Source: Acidisoma cellulosilyticum (lineage in GTDB: Bacteria > Pseudomonadota > Alphaproteobacteria > Acetobacterales > Acetobacteraceae). Taken from it: DNA of 24,000 nucleotides. The notes beneath the pieces were generated by a model that was not told the DNA's origin, did no database searches, and was given only the letters and a program-made list of their open reading frames with translations. The stretch is from assembly GCF_020621385.1 (NCBI RefSeq), contig NZ_JAESVA010000004.1, positions 458,691 through 482,690 on the forward strand, read 5' to 3'. Position numbers and translations under genes: made by a program. Positions 14,960-23,152 of this stretch are shown here, piece by piece. Numbering within the stretch: the stretch's first letter is position 1; each line of letters opens with the position of its first letter.

Positions 14960-15147
14960 ACTTAATCATCGCGCCTGCCTGGTCTCACCTGGGATGCCGC
15001 ACGAAGCCAGACATCAAGGAGCGGCCCCTTTGCGCGAACCGGGGAGCCTTCCTCCAAGGCGTAAGCCTCCGCAGCTTGAAGAGCAGACCCACCGCTTGCG
15101 AGGAAACAGCAGGACGGGCAGGGAGCCTATCAAACTTGCAAGCACAG

Positions 15148-16062
15148 CTAGTCCTGACGGTTCGGATGAAGGACAGGACGCGCGGCATCATCGCTTCGCG
15201 AGGCGGCAGCCCGAAACTCCGTCGGGCTTGTTTCGAAGTGTTTACGAAACGCCTTGGCAAAATAATTCGGATCCGCATATCCGCAGGCTGAGGAAATATC
15301 CTTCACACTCAGACTGGCATTCGCGAGAAGGCGGCTCGCCAGGCGCATCCGCTCCCGACAGATGAATTCCGCCGGGGCCAGTCCCGTTTCCGCTGCGAAC
15401 AAACGCGAGAAATGCGCGCGGCTATACCCGGCAACGGCAGCCAAGTCGCTCACATTCAAGGGCTGGTCAAGATTTGTGCGCACATGCCGACAAACACGTT
15501 CGACATCATCGCTGTTCGCTTCGGCGCGGATCGCGTGATGACGACCGAGCACGTCATCGACCAAGCACATCAGCACCGCGTAAGCGATGGCGGATAGGGA
15601 GCCGACAGCATCCCGATCAGCCGCCCGGTCGCCAAGTTCCAGACAGAAGCCTGCCAGACGATCGATGGTGGCGTGATCGAGGGTCAGCACCGGGCCGGCG
15701 GCGCTTTGAATAGCGTAGAGCAGCCGCAATGCCTCCTGGCCGGTCAGCCCGATCCAGAAGAAGGACCAGGTTTCCCCGGCCTCAAGCCAATATCTGTGCG
15801 TGTGCGGGATGGTGACCAGCATGGTCTGGCCGGGCGCGACGCGATGGAATTGGCGCCCGAAGCGCAATCGCCCGCAGCCGCTGATCGTATGTTGTAATAC
15901 GGCGAAAGGGAGCGGCCCGCGTTTCCGCCCGTCGAAACTATAGCCCGGCCCCACGGCCTCTTCGAGGCCGACGGTCGTCGGCATCACATGCAGCCGGCCG
16001 CGCCGCCGTGGTGCCGAGACGGTGGTCCGGAAGGCGCCTCGCTCGATGAGTGCGTTCAGCAC
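15148..16062 (-). CDS. AraC-family transcriptional regulator (N-terminal cupin-like sensor, C-terminal double HTH)
   Basis: ORF 15148-16119. I favour GTG 16062, preceded by GAGGGG at 7 nt and by the onset of high GC3. ATG 16107 and TTG 16119 are alternatives. C-terminal AraC signature: LAAVAGYSRAHFSRLFAAETGLAPAEF...ISSACGYADPNYFAKAFRKHFETSPTEFR. Confidence 0.85.
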   Translation of the reverse strand: MLNALIERGAFRTTVSAPRRRGRLHVMPTTVGLEEAVGPGYSFDGRKRGPLPFAVLQHTISGCGRLRFGRQFHRVAPGQTMLVTIPHTHRYWLEAGETWSFFWIGLTGQEALRLLYAIQSAAGPVLTLDHATIDRLAGFCLELGDRAADRDAVGSLSAIAYAVLMCLVDDVLGRHHAIRAEANSDDVERVCRHVRTNLDQPLNVSDLAAVAGYSRAHFSRLFAAETGLAPAEFICRERMRLASRLLANASLSVKDISSACGYADPNYFAKAFRKHFETSPTEFRAAASRSDDAARPVLHPNRQD

Positions 16063-16175
16063 AATTTTACCCCTCGAAGCACAGCTTTCTTCCTGCGGAA
16101 CGGGCATGATGTGTGTCAAGTTTGTCTTGCTGACAAGGCGCCCGAAGAGGCTGGCCGAACAAAGAGGGAGGGCTC

Positions 16176-17672
16176 ATGAGCCAAGCATTCAAAATCGCCA
16201 TCGTCGGCGCCGGCAGCGTGGGCTTCACGCGCACCTTGGTGCGAGACATTCTGAGCGTTCCGGAACTCCAGGAGGTGGAATTCGCGCTGACGGATCTCAA
16301 CGCTCACAATCTCGATATGATCAAGCAAATCCTGGACCGTATCGTCGCGGTCAGCGGTCTTCCCGCCCGCATTACCGCGACGACCGAGCGCGCGCGGGCG
16401 CTGGAGGGAGCACGCTATGTCATCTGTTGTGTCCGCCAAGGCGGGTTGGAGGCGTTCAAAGACGATATCGGTATTCCACTGAAATACGGCGTCGACCAAT
16501 GCGTGGGTGATACCATCTGCGCGGGCGGTATTATGTATGGCCAGCGTACCATTCCGGCCATTCTGGATTTCTGCAGGGACATCAAGGCCGAAGCTGAAAC
16601 CGGCGCGCGCCTGCTCAATTATGCTAACCCCATGGCGATGAATACCTGGGCGGCGATCGAGCATGGCGGTGTCGATACCATCGGCCTATGCCACGGTGTC
16701 CAGCACGGTTGGCGGCAGATCGCCGAAGTATTGGGTGCGGACAAGCCCGAGGATGTCGAATACATCTGCACGGGGATCAATCATCAAACCTGGTACACGG
16801 ATATCCGGTTCAAGGGCCGACCGATCGGGCGGGAGGAATTGCTGGCCGGTTTCGAAAGGCACCCTGTCTATTCGCAGCAGGAAAAGCTGCGTATCGATGT
16901 GCTGCGCCGCTTCGGCGTCTACTCCACGGAGTCGAACGGTCATCTGTCGGAATACTTGCCCTGGTATCGCAAGCGTCCCGAAGAAACCCGCAAATGGATT
17001 GACCTCTCGCAATGGATTCACGGCGAGACAGGCGGCTATCTCCGCATCTGCACGGAGGGTCGTAATTGGTTCGAGGAGGAATTTCCCCGCTATCTTCAGG
17101 AAGCCGAGATCGCGGTCGATCCGCAGCGGCGGACGGACGAGCATGCGAGCTATATTATCGAGGCGCTGGAGACCGGGCGCGTCTATCGGGGCCATTTCAA
17201 CGTTCCGAACAAGGGGCTGGTCGTCAACCTGCCGGCGGATGCCATTGTCGAAACGCCCGGTTTCGTCGACCGTTTCGGGCTCAACATGGTCGCCGGGCTC
17301 AAACTGCCCGATGCCTGCGCCGTGCCCTGCATAGCGTCCATCAACGTGCAGCGCCTTGCGGTCAAGGCCGCCGTGACCGGTGATATCGAGACGCTGAAGC
17401 TCGCCATGCTGAATGACCCGCTGGTCGGTGCCGTTTGCACGCCTGAGGAGGTCTGGCAGATGACCGATGAGATGGTCGTGGCGCAGGCCCGTTGGCTGCC
17501 GCAATATGCGGCGGCAGTGCCGGACGCGAAGCGGCGCTTGTCCGGGGCGCTTATCCCGACGCGGGACTGGGACGGTGCGGCCCGATTGCCGACACGCTCC
17601 GTCGCGCAGATGCGCATCGACCGCGCTCAGAAAGCGGAAGGTATGACGCCGGACAAGCAGATCGTGGCGTAA
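16176..17672 (+). CDS. Glycoside hydrolase family 4 enzyme (NAD+/Mn2+-dependent alpha-galactosidase/alpha-glucosidase, MelA-like)
   Basis: 498 aa. N-terminal Rossmann KIAIVGAGSVGF, plus NYANPMAMNTWA, GLCHGVQ and CTGINHQTW, collinear with E. coli MelA as I recall it. GGAGGG SD upstream. Confidence 0.9.
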   Translation: MSQAFKIAIVGAGSVGFTRTLVRDILSVPELQEVEFALTDLNAHNLDMIKQILDRIVAVSGLPARITATTERARALEGARYVICCVRQGGLEAFKDDIGIPLKYGVDQCVGDTICAGGIMYGQRTIPAILDFCRDIKAEAETGARLLNYANPMAMNTWAAIEHGGVDTIGLCHGVQHGWRQIAEVLGADKPEDVEYICTGINHQTWYTDIRFKGRPIGREELLAGFERHPVYSQQEKLRIDVLRRFGVYSTESNGHLSEYLPWYRKRPEETRKWIDLSQWIHGETGGYLRICTEGRNWFEEEFPRYLQEAEIAVDPQRRTDEHASYIIEALETGRVYRGHFNVPNKGLVVNLPADAIVETPGFVDRFGLNMVAGLKLPDACAVPCIASINVQRLAVKAAVTGDIETLKLAMLNDPLVGAVCTPEEVWQMTDEMVVAQARWLPQYAAAVPDAKRRLSGALIPTRDWDGAARLPTRSVAQMRIDRAQKAEGMTPDKQIVA

Positions 17673-17766
17673 ACGGCAAGGCGCTCGGCAGGGCGCCTCC
17701 GCGCTGGCCGATGAGGAGGCGTTAGACCTCCGGGCCTCGACCATAAATGGGGAAAAGGAAACCTTC

Positions 17767-19035
17767 GTGAAAGCTCGCCGATATCGGTGCCATCTGGCCG
17801 CGGCTTTTCTGTTCATCGCTGGCGGTTTTGCCAGTGTGCCGGCGCATGCCGCGCCCGTGACGCTCAACTTCTGGGCGGCCTGGGACCCCACCAAAAGCGA
17901 CGGTATCGACGGGATGAAGCAGATCGCTTTGTTCGAACAATCGCATCCGGACATCAAGGTTAATGTCCAGGTCATCGCTTTCGATGCGCTGCACGACAAG
18001 CTTATCACATCCGTGGTGGGCGGCGACGCGCCGGATATATCCTGGGGCCTGGTTGAATGGCTGGGTGAGCTGAACCGGATGGGCGCTCTGCCTGATCTGT
18101 CGGCGCAGATGAGCGCCGCGCCTGAGGGTAAGGCGCTCTACCCCAATGCCCTGGCGGCGCTCACGATCGACGGCAAGCTTCGCGCCGTGCCGAATTACAT
18201 CGGGCTTCGCGCTCTGCTCGTCCATACCGATATGCTCAAGAAGGCGGGGATCGCGGCGCCACCCAAGACCTGGGCGGAACTGCTGGCCGATGCACCGAAA
18301 ATCAAGGCCGCGACAGGCAAGCCGGCTTTTGGCATCGCGGGCACCGGCGTGCGCACGCCACAGGAACTCGTCATGTTCCTGGCGCAGAACGGCGTGAAGA
18401 TCGCGGTGCCGACCAAGGACGGCAAGTTCCGCAATGACTGGGCTGACAATCCGGCGGAGATAAAGCGCGCGGCAGAGGTCTTTGCCTTCTATCAAAGCCT
18501 GGCGACGACAGGCGCCATCGACCCTGCGGCGGCGGGTTGGGGCTATGATGAGGAAGACAGCGAATTCGCCCAGGGGCGCTATGCCATGGTCGTCGACGGT
18601 TCCTGGATGTCCGAGCGGGTCGCGCAGAATCCGAAGGAAATGGCGGATTTGGACATTGTCCCGCCGCCCTACAATACGACACCCGCGACCTTCTTCGAGG
18701 TCAATCCCTTCTACATTTTCAAAGGTCCACATGAAGCGGCTGCCTGGCAGCTCGCCCAGTTCATGATCGGCCGCGAATATCAGGGCGCAGTGGACCGTGA
18801 CCGCTCGCCGCGCATGGATGTCACCGGCGACGGCATCTGGGGCAAAAGCTTCACGGTGCTGACGCCGATCGGCGTCGTCTTCCCGCCGGTGCCCCTCGGC
18901 AGCATCACGCAGAGCATGGAGGATTCGGTCGGCCGTGTGTTGCTGAAACACCAGAAGCCGGATGTCGTAGCGGCCTGGCTGGGGCATGCGGTCAATAAGG
19001 CCCTGCGCCAGTCCGGCCAGCTGGGCAGCCCATAG
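17767..19035 (+). CDS. ABC transporter extracellular solute-binding protein, family 1 (CUT1 oligosaccharide type)
   Basis: 422 aa with a GTG start after AAGGA. Signal peptide ends ...ASVPAHA/APV. MalE/UgpB-like body (LNFWAAWDP, DISWGLVEW). Confidence 0.9.
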   Translation: MKARRYRCHLAAAFLFIAGGFASVPAHAAPVTLNFWAAWDPTKSDGIDGMKQIALFEQSHPDIKVNVQVIAFDALHDKLITSVVGGDAPDISWGLVEWLGELNRMGALPDLSAQMSAAPEGKALYPNALAALTIDGKLRAVPNYIGLRALLVHTDMLKKAGIAAPPKTWAELLADAPKIKAATGKPAFGIAGTGVRTPQELVMFLAQNGVKIAVPTKDGKFRNDWADNPAEIKRAAEVFAFYQSLATTGAIDPAAAGWGYDEEDSEFAQGRYAMVVDGSWMSERVAQNPKEMADLDIVPPPYNTTPATFFEVNPFYIFKGPHEAAAWQLAQFMIGREYQGAVDRDRSPRMDVTGDGIWGKSFTVLTPIGVVFPPVPLGSITQSMEDSVGRVLLKHQKPDVVAAWLGHAVNKALRQSGQLGSP

Positions 19036-19042
19036 GCGCAAC

Positions 19043-20029
19043 ATGGGAGCGGTTCAATCAATCGCCCGCGGCCAAGGCATCGCGCAGCGCGCCAAGACGG
19101 CTTTGGCGAAAACGCCAAGGCGTCGGCGGCGCCTGCCGCTGATCGCCTGGGTTTTCCTCGTCCCTGTCGCCCTGTTGCTGCTGGCGCTGGTTGCCTATCC
19201 CCTGCTGAATGTCGTTTGGGAAAGCGTTCACTACGTCAATCTCACTAACCCGACTGCGACAGGCTTCTCGGGCTTCGACAATTTCGAGACAGTCTTCGAG
19301 GATGACAATCTGCTGCCGGCGCTGTGGAATACTGTTCTCTGGACAGTATTCTCGGTGGGTGGGGAATATGTGCTGGGGCTCGCCTCCGCATTGGCCTTAG
19401 TAGGCCCCATCCGTGGCGGCGCCATATTCCGCGCCTGCATCATCATTCCCTGGCTGATCCCGATCGTGGTAGCGGGACTTGATTGGAGCTGGATACTCGC
19501 ACCCGACTATGGTGTGCTCAACCTCTGGCTCGTCCATATCGGTCTGCTCGCTCATCCGGTGGATTGGCTGGGGCAGTTGAATACGGCCCTGCCGACCGTC
19601 ACGCTCGCCAATGTCTGGCGCACCTTTCCCTTCTATACGATCAGCTTCCTGGCCGCTTTGCAGGCTGTGCCGCCCGAGTTGCATGAGGCGGCGGCCCTGG
19701 ACGGTGCGCCGGCCTGGAAGCGCTTCTGGCACATTTCCCTGCCGCATCTTCGACCCGTCACCCTCACGCTGGTGACCCTGCATGTGATCTGGACGGCGGT
19801 GAATTTCGACTTCATCTGGGTGATGACGGAAGGCGGTCCGCTCAACGCTTCGACCACGCTGCCGATCCTCATCTACCGCTATGCCTTGCAGAATTTCGAT
19901 GTCGGTGCTGCCTGCGCCCTCGCGGGTATGATGATGTCCGCCATGGCGACGATGTTCTTTCTGTATCGCTACGGGTTTATGGGCCTTGTCCGCGCGCGGG
20001 TGCGGCGCCTGAACGCAGGAGACGCATGA
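19043..20029 (+). CDS. CUT1 ABC transporter permease (MalF/UgpA-like)
   Basis: ORF 18986-20029 trimmed to ATG 19043, just after the SBP stop at 19035. It has about six hydrophobic segments and the EAA loop LQAVPPELHEAAALDGA. Confidence 0.88.
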   Translation: MGAVQSIARGQGIAQRAKTALAKTPRRRRRLPLIAWVFLVPVALLLLALVAYPLLNVVWESVHYVNLTNPTATGFSGFDNFETVFEDDNLLPALWNTVLWTVFSVGGEYVLGLASALALVGPIRGGAIFRACIIIPWLIPIVVAGLDWSWILAPDYGVLNLWLVHIGLLAHPVDWLGQLNTALPTVTLANVWRTFPFYTISFLAALQAVPPELHEAAALDGAPAWKRFWHISLPHLRPVTLTLVTLHVIWTAVNFDFIWVMTEGGPLNASTTLPILIYRYALQNFDVGAACALAGMMMSAMATMFFLYRYGFMGLVRARVRRLNAGDA

Positions 20030-20030
20030 C

Positions 20031-20876
20031 ATGGCAATGGTCGGCGCACAGGACCGGTTCACGCTGACGGCACGCTACGGCGTCCTCATCGCCTTTTCGG
20101 CTTTTTGCCTCTTTCCCTTTCTGTGGATGCTGGACACGGCTTTCAAGCCGATAGACGAGGTGCTGAGCACGACACCGTCCTTCCTGATCCGGCATCCGAC
20201 CCTCGTCAATTTCGCAACCGTGCTGTTGCACAGTCCTTTCCTGATCTATCTACGCAACAGCATCATCGTCTCGGGTTTCTCGACCCTCGTCACCATGGTG
20301 AGTTCGACCTTCTGCGCCTATGTGCTCAGCCGTTGGCCGCGGCAGAGCCCGGTGCGGGTGGTGGCGGGTGCCCTGCTGGCCTCGCAGATGATTCCGGGCG
20401 TTCTGCTTCTGGTGCCGCTTTACATGACGATGCGGGATTTGGGTCTGCTCAGCACCTATCTCTCGCTCATTATCGTCTATTGCACCTTCATGGTGCCGCT
20501 GGCGGTCTTCATGCTGCGCAGCTTCTTCGACGCCTTGCCGGTGGAGTTGGAGGAGGCGGCCGAACTTGACGGTTGTTCCCGCCCGGCCTTTCTGATCCGC
20601 ATTTTGCTGCCACTTTCGGTGCCGGGGCTGCTGGCGACAGGTTTGTTCGGTTTCGTCACCGCCTGGAATGAGTTCATGTTCGGATATGTCCTCATCAACG
20701 ATGACGCCCATCGCACGTTGACTCCTGGCATCATGCTGTTTCGGGGGGCGCATTCGACGGATTGGGGATCTTTGATGGCGGCCTCGGTCCTTACCATACT
20801 GCCCGTCGCGGTGAGCTTTCTGTATCTGCAGCGCTTTCTGTCGGGCGGGCTTTCGGTCGGTGCCGTGAAGGGGTGA
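20031..20876 (+). CDS. CUT1 ABC transporter permease (MalG/UgpE-like)
   Basis: 281 aa. ATG lies 1 nt after the preceding stop, with AGGAG 9 nt upstream. EAA loop FDALPVELEEAAELDGC. Confidence 0.9.
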   Translation: MAMVGAQDRFTLTARYGVLIAFSAFCLFPFLWMLDTAFKPIDEVLSTTPSFLIRHPTLVNFATVLLHSPFLIYLRNSIIVSGFSTLVTMVSSTFCAYVLSRWPRQSPVRVVAGALLASQMIPGVLLLVPLYMTMRDLGLLSTYLSLIIVYCTFMVPLAVFMLRSFFDALPVELEEAAELDGCSRPAFLIRILLPLSVPGLLATGLFGFVTAWNEFMFGYVLINDDAHRTLTPGIMLFRGAHSTDWGSLMAASVLTILPVAVSFLYLQRFLSGGLSVGAVKG

Positions 20877-20921
20877 TTCCCGATCATCGTGGGACGCCCA
20901 TCCGGAGAGCGGCGTGGTCGT

Positions 20922-21992
20922 TTAGTCAATCCGGTCGCTTTGCCGCTCGACCAGGACAATTGGCCAGAGTTCACCGGCGGGATTTGCCTTGCTGTCCAGG
21001 CGAGCGAGAAGAATTTCCGCCAGGCGCCGGCCGAGGGCCACGGTATCCAGGCTGAAACAGGTCAAGGCCGGAACCAGGAATTCCGTCATGGGCGTGTCAT
21101 GCACCCCGCCGATGACGGCGACATCCTGGCCGCAGCTTAGGCCAAGCTCAGCCAGGCGCCGGTAAATCCCGACCGCCATGCTGCTGTCGATGGCAAGCAT
21201 CGCGGTCGGGCGAGGAATGACATCCAGTAGCCGGGTGGCGGCAGCATAGCCGCCGGCGGGCGTGACATGGCCTTCTGCCACCAGGGCGCGCTCGAAAGGC
21301 AGGCCGGCGGCTTTCAGCGCACGGCGATAGCCCGCAAGGAAGAAGCGCTTCTGCATAAGGCTGTCGGCCGGTATGGCGATGGCAATCCGGCGATGCCCGG
21401 CAGCGATGAAGCGCGCGGTGGCAAACTCTCCCGCTTGTTCGAAATCAAGATCGATCCAGGGATGCGGGCCGCCCGAGCGGCTGCGGCCGAGGGCCACGAA
21501 GGGGATGCCGACCTCCGCCAGATAGTCCAGTCGCGGGTCCATCGTCCGCGTCCAGGGCAGGATCAGCGCATCGACCTGGCGCTGCTGGATGATGCGGCGC
21601 AACCGCGCGAGCGGGTCCGCCGTCGCGCCCGGCTGATCGGGCATGATGACCAGATCATAGCCTCGCGCGCTCAATACCTGCTGGGTGCCGCCGAACAGCG
21701 ACAGGAAGAAGGGTTCGCCGTACGCCGCACGCCCTTCCGGGATTTCCCAAAGTAGGCCGATATTATGCGTGGCCCCTTTGCGCAGGCTACGGCCGGATTG
21801 CTGGGGCACATAGCCGAGTTCGCTGGCCGCGGCGATGACGCGCTTGCGCGTCTCGGGATTGACGTCCGGCTTGTCGTTCAGCGCGCGGGAGACAGTGCCG
21901 ATAGAAATGCCGAGCCTCGCCGCGAGATCACGAATCCCTGAGGCTCCGGCCTGGGCGTGAGGGATGAGGCTTGGCTTCTTCATGCTGGACAC
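20922..21992 (-). CDS. LacI-family transcriptional regulator
   Basis: 356 aa (GTG 21992; ATG 21983 is an alternative). N-terminal HTH IRDLAARLGISIGTVSRALNDKPDVNPETRKRV...LGYVP, followed by a periplasmic-binding-protein-like sugar-sensing core. Confidence 0.9.
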   Translation of the reverse strand: MSSMKKPSLIPHAQAGASGIRDLAARLGISIGTVSRALNDKPDVNPETRKRVIAAASELGYVPQQSGRSLRKGATHNIGLLWEIPEGRAAYGEPFFLSLFGGTQQVLSARGYDLVIMPDQPGATADPLARLRRIIQQRQVDALILPWTRTMDPRLDYLAEVGIPFVALGRSRSGGPHPWIDLDFEQAGEFATARFIAAGHRRIAIAIPADSLMQKRFFLAGYRRALKAAGLPFERALVAEGHVTPAGGYAAATRLLDVIPRPTAMLAIDSSMAVGIYRRLAELGLSCGQDVAVIGGVHDTPMTEFLVPALTCFSLDTVALGRRLAEILLARLDSKANPAGELWPIVLVERQSDRID

Positions 21993-22011
21993 CGCGCAAC
22001 CTTAGCTTTGT

Positions 22012-22056
22012 CTTGACTTGCTCACCACTCCGATCATAACGTCGTAAACGTTTACG
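22012..22056 (+). promoter_or_regulatory. Putative promoter (CTTGAC-N17-CATAAC) with a perfect 14-bp LacI-type palindromic operator just downstream
   Basis: CTTGAC at 22012-22017, a 17-nt spacer, then CATAAC at 22035-22040. CGTAAACGTTTACG at 22043-22056 is a perfect palindrome with the central CG characteristic of LacI/GalR-family operators. It lies in the divergent lacI/oxidoreductase intergenic region, 56 nt before ATG 22113. Confidence 0.5.
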
Positions 22057-22112
22057 GACTAGTCTCCGCCCAAGGGCAGAAGAGACGGACGCAAAGGCGA
22101 GGGGACGATAGG

Positions 22113-23135
22113 ATGAGTCTGCGTGCGGTTTTGACCGGATGCGGCGCCATGAGCGCGGGATGGATTGACGCTGCCAAACAGATACCTGGCCTGTCGATCG
22201 CAGGCTTCGTTGATCTTGATCCGCGGCGTGCGCAGGCTGCGGCGGCCAGTTGGGGCGGCAATGCGCAGACCGGCGCGGATGCGGTCGCGATGATCGACGC
22301 GCTGCGCCCGGATATCCTGTTCGACGTAGCGGTGCCGATGGCGCGCCATACGCTCGTCGCGCAGGCGCTAAGCCGCGGTTGCCATGTTTTGACCGAGAAA
22401 CCGATGGCGGAGACCATGGCGCAGGCGGCCGATCTGCTGGCCAGGGCCAAGGCAGCGGGCCGCATTCATGCCGTGATCCAGAACCGCCGCTATATCGCGC
22501 CGATCCGGCGCATTCGGCGGCTTCTCGCGTCCGGCGTGCTGGGCCGTGTCACCAGCCTGCATTGCGACTTTTTTCTCGGGCCGCATTTCGGCGGCTTTCG
22601 GGAGGACATGCGTCATGTCCTTCTGCTTGATATGGCAATTCACACTTTCGACGCCGCGCGCTGCCTCTCTGGTCAGGATGCGGAAGCGGTCTATTGCCGC
22701 GAATGGAATCCCCCCGGCTCCTGGTTTGCGCACGAGTCTTCGGCAGCCGCTATCTTCGAACTCACCGATGGTGCCGTCTTCACCTATCGCGGCTCCTGGG
22801 TCGCGCAGGGTCTCGGCACGAGTTGGGAAAGCGCCTGGCGCATTGTGGGTGAGCGCGGCAGTCTGGTCTGGGATGGGCATGACGATATTCGGGCCGAGAT
22901 CGTGGGGCCGCCACGCAGCCATCTGTTCGACACCGCGCAATCGGTTGAAATTCCACCACGGGATGCCGAAGACCGTATCGACGGCCATCTCGGCGTGATG
23001 CGCGATTTCGTTGCTGCGATTGAGGGCGGCTTACAGCCTGAAACGCGGGGCGAGGACAATATCAAAAGTTTCGCCATGGTCATGGCCGCGATCCGCAGTG
23101 CGGAAAGCGGCATGCGCGTGGCGGTTGACGTCTGA
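22113..23135 (+). CDS. Gfo/Idh/MocA-family NAD(P)-dependent oxidoreductase
   Basis: 340 aa. N-terminal Rossmann AVLTGCGAMSAGW and the family-typical EKP motif (HVLTEKPMA), followed by a C-terminal alpha/beta dimerisation-type domain. Confidence 0.88.
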   Translation: MSLRAVLTGCGAMSAGWIDAAKQIPGLSIAGFVDLDPRRAQAAAASWGGNAQTGADAVAMIDALRPDILFDVAVPMARHTLVAQALSRGCHVLTEKPMAETMAQAADLLARAKAAGRIHAVIQNRRYIAPIRRIRRLLASGVLGRVTSLHCDFFLGPHFGGFREDMRHVLLLDMAIHTFDAARCLSGQDAEAVYCREWNPPGSWFAHESSAAAIFELTDGAVFTYRGSWVAQGLGTSWESAWRIVGERGSLVWDGHDDIRAEIVGPPRSHLFDTAQSVEIPPRDAEDRIDGHLGVMRDFVAAIEGGLQPETRGEDNIKSFAMVMAAIRSAESGMRVAVDV

Positions 23136-23152
23136 CGGAAAGGGACCGGGCA

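Noticed and set aside
16114-16137. TGTCAAG / TGACAAG repeats and CAAG-N5-CTTG in the araC/GH4 divergent region, plus a TTGACA hexamer on the minus strand (candidate AraC sites or -35 box).
   Set aside because: The motifs are only 4-7 bp, and no matching -10 element was found at proper spacing. Part of the region may be araC coding sequence, depending on which start is used.
17679-17698. 6-bp stem (AGGCGC / GCGCCT, 8-nt loop) and a nearby GGAGG-N7-CCTCC stem after the GH4 stop.
   Set aside because: The stems are short and lack a T-tract, and the downstream SBP gene clearly belongs to the same operon. This is not enough evidence for a terminator or attenuator.
16686-19044. Two 440-aa minus-strand ORFs (16686-18008 and 17722-19044) opposite the GH4 and SBP genes.
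   Set aside because: Same high-GC antisense artefact. The plus-strand genes carry clear family motifs, SD sequences and a signal peptide, and the antisense products have none.
20877-20921. 45-nt convergent gap between the CUT1 permease and lacI-family genes, examined for a bidirectional terminator.
   Set aside because: There is only a 5-bp ACGCC/GGCGT stem with a 14-nt loop and no flanking T or A tracts, so it is not convincing.
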